IMG/VR virus record: IMGVR_UViG_3300048591_000212
Direction: 5' to 3' (one strand)
DNA: 18,186 nucleotides
Source: a virus
Lineage: Duplodnaviria; Heunggongvirae; Uroviricota; Caudoviricetes
The notes under the pieces are model-generated. The model saw nothing but the letters and a program-made list of their open reading frames with translations, did no database searches and was not told the DNA's origin. The translations under genes were made by a program, and so were the position numbers. This document shows positions 13,932 to 18,186 of the stretch, in pieces. Position 1 is the stretch's first letter. Each line of letters opens with the position of its first letter.

Positions 13932-14331
13932 TAAAAGATCCGAATTGCTAGATACATTCATTGAAGTGAAGCTGCCGAGAGAGGACTCCTTTCTTTTGGT
14001 GAAGGAAACTCTGACCAGAATGGGAATTCCCTCCAATAAAGAAAAGAAACTCTACCAGTCTTGTCATATTCTTCATAAGAAGGGAAGATACTATATCGTC
14101 CACTTTAAGGAAATGTTCGCCCTTGATGGAAAGCCGTCCCAAATGACGCCTGATGATTATACTCGGAGAGACCTGATTGCATCCTTACTTGAAGAATGGG
14201 AATTAGTTGATATTCTAACTCCCCAGAATAAAACTGATCGGGCAGAAGTGAAGATTAAGATTGTACCGCACAGTCAGAAGTCCGAGTGGGAATTGATTCC
14301 GAAATATTCTATTGGAGGAAAAAGGAACTAA
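13921..14331 (+). CDS. regA: translational repressor RegA
   Basis: FLLVKETLTRMGI..NKEKKLYQSCHILHKKGRYYIVHFKEMFALDG...KSEWELIPKYSIG. Confidence 0.96.
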   Translation: MLNDKRSELLDTFIEVKLPREDSFLLVKETLTRMGIPSNKEKKLYQSCHILHKKGRYYIVHFKEMFALDGKPSQMTPDDYTRRDLIASLLEEWELVDILTPQNKTDRAEVKIKIVPHSQKSEWELIPKYSIGGKRN

Positions 14332-14333
14332 AC

Positions 14334-14702
14334 ATGAAGGTTCAATTATTTGTAATTAAACAGGCCGAAGAAGTCCTGAAGGAAATGTACAAAACCAAGA
14401 TTCCTGATTCTGTGCTTGCCTTCCGGTTTCATAAATTCATGAAAGTCGTGTCGGACGAATTGGCGGATTTGGAGCGAAGTCGCAGCGGTCTGGTTGATGT
14501 GTTTGGAGAAAAGCACGAAGATGGCTCTACTCGCGTGACGGAAGAAAACACAGGAAAATTCTTCTCTGAGTACGAGAAACTTTTGACAACAGAAGTCGAT
14601 CTTCCTAAGTTTCAATTTTCGTTGGGCGAACTCATTAACTTCAATTTAAGCTCGGAGCAATTGGGCCTAATTGAATTTATTATAGAAGAACCTGCTGACT
14701 AG
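14334..14702 (+). CDS. phage hypothetical protein (DUF1617-like)
   Basis: Helical protein with LVDVFGEKHEDG...FFSEYEKLLTTEVDL. Confidence 0.7.
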   Translation: MKVQLFVIKQAEEVLKEMYKTKIPDSVLAFRFHKFMKVVSDELADLERSRSGLVDVFGEKHEDGSTRVTEENTGKFFSEYEKLLTTEVDLPKFQFSLGELINFNLSSEQLGLIEFIIEEPAD

Positions 14703-15111
14703 GCTCGACGGCTTCGTATATCTTCGACTTCTCGGACGAGAAGTATTTACCACCAATATTTGTGTTGTAGTATTTCTCGTCCAGAATTACTTTTCGATTA
14801 AATTGTTCGTATGTCTCAAAGTAGGACATGCTCTTTTTATGGGGGCAGATATACAGAATTTCTCTTCGGAAGTTTTCTTTTCCTAGATCACACACATCAT
14901 ATTTTAATTCCTCATTTGAACCATAGTAGTCCCGCCAGTCGGATTCTTCGGTTTTTTTCCTACCAGTTTTTCGATCCTTTCTTCTAGACCAGAAACTCTT
15001 CTTTCCAATATACTTCTTGTCTTCTTTCAGATTAGTTATTAGATAAACGAAACCCTCGACTTTCTTGGGGGGTTGTTCGGTGAATTCTTTTCCATTAAAT
15101 ATCCATGTCAT
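14680..15111 (-). CDS. GIY-YIG family nuclease
   Basis: GFVYLITN...KKYIGKK, DYYGS, NFRREIL, E..EQF, YYNTNIGG. Confidence 0.88.
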   Translation of the reverse strand: MTWIFNGKEFTEQPPKKVEGFVYLITNLKEDKKYIGKKSFWSRRKDRKTGRKKTEESDWRDYYGSNEELKYDVCDLGKENFRREILYICPHKKSMSYFETYEQFNRKVILDEKYYNTNIGGKYFSSEKSKIYEAVEPSQQVLL

Positions 15112-15124
15112 ATAAGTATTTATG
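15111..15124. promoter_or_regulatory. overlapping divergent T4 late-promoter-like motifs
   Basis: TATAAGTA on + (15111-15118) and CATAAATA on - (15124-15117), between ATGs 15 bp apart. Confidence 0.55.
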
Positions 15125-15126
15125 AT

Positions 15127-15654
15127 ATGGCCTCAAACTCTTTCATTCCGTCGTCTTTCGATATGTCAAATGGAGTTCTGTATAAGTTCTCGTTTGATCG
15201 GCTTCCGCATACAGAATATTTTTGTTATTCGGTGAATATTCCCGGAGTCTCGGCTGGAGAAGTTTTACTTCCTACCCCAACTCTGGATGTGAAGATTCAC
15301 GGCGACAAGCTGGCCTTTGAGCCGCTTCTGATCAATTTCATTGTCAGCGAGGATTTGTCAAATTATAGGGAGATTCTGGACTGGATGTTTGGACTCTATA
15401 AGCCCCTTTCGACCGATCAGTATCAAAGTCTGGGAACCAAGAATCCAAATCTGAATTTTCGCCAGAATATCTATTCGGATGCCACTCTTCATATTCTGAC
15501 AAATAAGATGAATCCAATTGTGAAGTTTTCCTTTAAGGATGTTCATCCGACAAATCTGGCCCCACTGATTTTCGATTCATCGATCACAGATGCGACTCCG
15601 CTCACGACAGACGTGACCCTAAACTTTGCCTATTTTACGGTAGAAAAACTTTAG
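15127..15654 (+). CDS. 3: tail tube terminator / tail completion protein (T4 gp3-like)
   Basis: YKFSFDRLPHTEYFCYSVNIPGVS...GDKLAFEPL.INFIVSEDLSNYREILDW...SDATLHILTN...F.DVHPTNL..L.FD. Confidence 0.82.
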   Translation: MASNSFIPSSFDMSNGVLYKFSFDRLPHTEYFCYSVNIPGVSAGEVLLPTPTLDVKIHGDKLAFEPLLINFIVSEDLSNYREILDWMFGLYKPLSTDQYQSLGTKNPNLNFRQNIYSDATLHILTNKMNPIVKFSFKDVHPTNLAPLIFDSSITDATPLTTDVTLNFAYFTVEKL

Positions 15655-15998
15655 TAGTTTTCTGATAAATCAATACCACAGGACTCAAACTTTTCTGTCC
15701 AATTAAAGAACGTCTTCTTGCCGTGGCTCATACAATTATAGGATAATTGCTGAGTCATGTGGACCATTTCATGTGCGACTATCTGTTTGAGAAATTTGGT
15801 TTCTTCAATATCCTCAGAAAAGAATAGAGTGAATTTCTTTGATACATCATCATATTCACAATATGCCCATGCCTCAGAGTCGAATTCTTCGGTGAATATG
15901 ACTATTTCTATTTCATCATCAGGTGGAAGCAGGCCGCAAAAAAGCTGCTTATTCAATTTCGTGTATATTCGTCGTATCTTCTTTTCTGTTAGAAACAT
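15651..15998 (-). CDS. SprT-like zinc metalloprotease domain protein
   Basis: Y..LNKQLF.G.LP, HEMVH zinc motif, HGKKTF. Confidence 0.8.
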   Translation of the reverse strand: MFLTEKKIRRIYTKLNKQLFCGLLPPDDEIEIVIFTEEFDSEAWAYCEYDDVSKKFTLFFSEDIEETKFLKQIVAHEMVHMTQQLSYNCMSHGKKTFFNWTEKFESCGIDLSENY

Positions 15999-16287
15999 TT
16001 TCTATCTGAATTAAATTGGAAGAAGCGGCGGATATTAGGAATTTATTTGTCTGCTCATTCTGTTTGACCATCTCATTTCGAAATGATTCAACAGCCGCAC
16101 CAGTTTGTCTTTGTTGTTGGGAGTTCTCAATCAGAAGAACCGGAAGCCAAGCAATAGAGCATCCCCATTCATCAATGGCCTGTCCGGTGTTAGGATTGGT
16201 TCCGCGAACCTGAATGAACCAATTACATTCCAGACCAACACAATCCTTTTGAATCAGTGGACAAAATTTTCCGGGTTTAATTTGCAT
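15949..16287 (-). CDS. conserved Cys-containing protein downstream of tail fibre genes
   Basis: FCPLIQKDC..LEC.WF..VRG.NPNTG..IDEWGC.IAWLP.LLIENSQQQRQTGAAVESFRNEMV. SD AAGGA. Confidence 0.8.
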   Translation of the reverse strand: MQIKPGKFCPLIQKDCVGLECNWFIQVRGTNPNTGQAIDEWGCSIAWLPVLLIENSQQQRQTGAAVESFRNEMVKQNEQTNKFLISAASSNLIQIENVSNRKEDTTNIHEIE

Positions 16288-16297
16288 AATGTTTCCT

Positions 16298-16804
16298 TTA
16301 GTTTTTGGTTGCCAAAATTACATCAACGTAGTTTGTGTTAAATGTCATGGTGTTGCCAGAGAATGTCATACCTTCAATATTGATGCTGTGTGAGTGATCG
16401 TTTAGCACAAAGGTATGTGAGTGCGGATCTGGTGTTATGGAAGCATTGTTTTGGGCCACAGTAGCTTGTGATCCGTTATTAACGGTTACTGATCCAGTAA
16501 CAACGGATAGGGAGGTGCTAGATGTTGTGCCAGATAATTGTGCTGTTGCTGTAACACCAGAAACACTACCAGTCGGAATCTTATTACTCATGACAGCAGA
16601 AAAGGCAGTCCCATTTGTTCTGTTTGTTACGTCTCCGGTCACAACACGGAGTGCCATATCATTAACGCCGGATGTGATCTTTGTCCAGCCAGTCGGCGCG
16701 GCAGACTGCCGGAAAATCATTACGGTCCCCGAAGGAATCGGGTTCGTTGTTATAGATGTAGAATCATTAAAGGTGATTCCGGTATTAGTTACTGTTGTTG
16801 GCAT
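16298..16804 (-). CDS. short tail fibre / tail-collar-like protein
   Basis: IPSGTVMIFRQSAAPTGWTKIT..NDMALRVVTG, HSHT/HSHS repeats, and YVDVILATKN at the end. Confidence 0.82.
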   Translation of the reverse strand: MPTTVTNTGITFNDSTSITTNPIPSGTVMIFRQSAAPTGWTKITSGVNDMALRVVTGDVTNRTNGTAFSAVMSNKIPTGSVSGVTATAQLSGTTSSTSLSVVTGSVTVNNGSQATVAQNNASITPDPHSHTFVLNDHSHSINIEGMTFSGNTMTFNTNYVDVILATKN

Positions 16805-18185
16805 CTGTCACCTTTTTATTTAGTTCTTTGATAGCTTCCAGAAGAATTGGAATCAATTCCATGTAGCTAATAGCCAGATAATTTCCGTTTAGTTTAACGA
16901 GGGAAGGCAAAACTTCCTGAACGTCTTGGGCAATCAGACCAAATTGATTTTCCTCAAGATCTTTTCGGAAATATTTATATCCAGTCAGCCGAGAAATTAA
17001 CTCTAGTGGATCTGGAATTGTCTCAATATTAGTCTTGAGGATTCTATCAGAATTCGAAACAAAATTTCCTCCAGACACAACATTTCCGGCAACTGTTAGA
17101 ATATTAGTTGAGGGGTCATAAGTAAAATCTGCCTCACCACCAAATACTCCAGAACTGTTATACTGAACGTGAGTATTTGACCCACCGGGATTATTTGTGG
17201 TTCCAGTTGAAACTGTTGCCCAAGAAAGAGTCCCAGAACCATTTGTCTGTAGAAACTGCCCGTTGGTTCCATTTGAGGTTGGTAAAGTCCAAGTTAGATT
17301 TGATCCAAGAGAACCAGCCTTCAGAGCGATATAGAAAGTATTTGCCGAATTATTAAACCGAATTTCCTTGGCCGTTTTTACAATAATGTTTCCTTCGGCA
17401 GTAAAGGAGGTTGTCGTGTTTGATCCGGTAAACGAATTTGCGGTTATGGCATGAGAAGGCACCGAGACCGTGTTATTAATTGTGACGGCTCCACTCAGGG
17501 TTGAAGTTCCAGAGACAGCCAGACTCGTCAGAGTTCCGACAGAAGTAATATTTCCCTGAGAAGCCGTCTGAAGAGTTCCCCAGACTTGTGTACTCGAAAG
17601 AACTGTTGTTCCATTAATTTTGAATGTATTTCCAGATGTAATATTAATACTTCCGGCGACATTCAACATATTCCCAGAATCAGTTGTTGTTCCAATTAGG
17701 ACATTTCCATTATTCAAAATTCTCATTCTTTCGGCGGGAGTCACGGAACCATTTGCCGAAGTAAAAAACTGAAGCATGGCACCCGCCGCCGAAGAGGTTA
17801 CATTTTGAGTCGTCGAGCATAATAGATAGGCATTTCGACGATAGGCCGAAGTTCCGTCCCATGAATAGAAATCAATAATACCAACCTGAGAACCGGAAGT
17901 AGGAGCGCCAGTTGAAGAGGAACCGTTTCCTCTCTTTCTTAAAATTGCTGCCGTCGCATTTGTGGTCTGGGACTGCTCATCCAGAATTAGAGAATTAGTT
18001 GTGGCTGCGGTGAGAACATGAAGATAGGCAGACGGAGAAGTTGTCCCAATACCAATCAGGCCAGCGGAAGTTAGGCGAACTCTCTCGTTTGAATTTGTGG
18101 TAAGAGTTATCTGATTTGTGGTAATATCAACAGAACTATTCGCGAAACCAATTGAGGTTCCGGTGGCATTTTTCAGAAACAGATA
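16785..18185 (-). CDS. long tail fibre/spike protein with C-terminal S74 intramolecular chaperone (5'-truncated by window)
   Basis: The frame is open from 18185, beyond the track start at 17777. Repeats ERVRLTSAGLIGIGTTSP and ERMRILNNGNVLIGTTTD. S74 signature SDRILKTNI...GLIAQDVQEVLPSLV...YMELIPILLEAIKEL. Confidence 0.92.
   Translation of the reverse strand, partial: YLFLKNATGTSIGFANSSVDITTNQITLTTNSNERVRLTSAGLIGIGTTSPSAYLHVLTAATTNSLILDEQSQTTNATAAILRKRGNGSSSTGAPTSGSQVGIIDFYSWDGTSAYRRNAYLLCSTTQNVTSSAAGAMLQFFTSANGSVTPAERMRILNNGNVLIGTTTDSGNMLNVAGSINITSGNTFKINGTTVLSSTQVWGTLQTASQGNITSVGTLTSLAVSGTSTLSGAVTINNTVSVPSHAITANSFTGSNTTTSFTAEGNIIVKTAKEIRFNNSANTFYIALKAGSLGSNLTWTLPTSNGTNGQFLQTNGSGTLSWATVSTGTTNNPGGSNTHVQYNSSGVFGGEADFTYDPSTNILTVAGNVVSGGNFVSNSDRILKTNIETIPDPLELISRLTGYKYFRKDLEENQFGLIAQDVQEVLPSLVKLNGNYLAISYMELIPILLEAIKELNKKVTDANNSN
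16817..16823 (-). promoter_or_regulatory. T4-type late promoter-like motif CTAAATA
   Basis: Minus strand CTAAATA-AAAAGGTGACAG-ATG(16804). It lies within the 3' end of the upstream gene. Confidence 0.45.
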
Positions 18186-18186
18186 T

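Noticed and set aside
14680-15111. GIY-YIG gene as an intron-encoded or mobile homing endonuclease
   Set aside because: It does not interrupt a gene, has no intron structure or extra DNA-binding repeats, and looks like a compact free-standing nuclease.
1-18186. tRNA, rRNA, integrase, reverse transcriptase or transposase genes
   Set aside because: None recognised by eye. A tRNAscan/Infernal run would be needed to exclude atypical RNAs.

Overview
This window is part of a large T4-like (myovirus-type) phage genome with three zones. (1) 1-9760: an early/accessory region of short, mostly + strand genes. Nine of them sit directly behind their own sigma70 promoter (TTGACA-17-TGn-TATACT) with the ATG only 6-8 nt past the -10 box, i.e. 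leaderless mRNAs. The zone includes DUF2958, an AAA+ ATPase, an RMF-fold-like protein, a protein with a ribosomal bL12-CTD-like motif and a stand-alone ClpA/B/C second-domain ATPase, plus a family of structured intergenic elements. (2) 9779-14702: T4 replication genes rnh, gp45, gp44, gp62 and regA, rearranged, with inserts and no gp43 after regA. (3) 14680-18186: a GIY-YIG nuclease and gp3 tail terminator diverging from a 15-bp gap, a SprT-like metalloprotease and tail fibre genes, the last with an S74 chaperone domain and truncated by the window edge. The most interesting signals are the leaderless cassette array next to ribosome-related mimics, and a repeated ~110-130 bp hairpin element whose core is inverted between copies and which carries a 16-bp motif (TGTTWTCAAYRRCTTA). 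Two genes suggest an Acidobacteriota host (inference). Family assignments come from recalled motifs; no database search was run.
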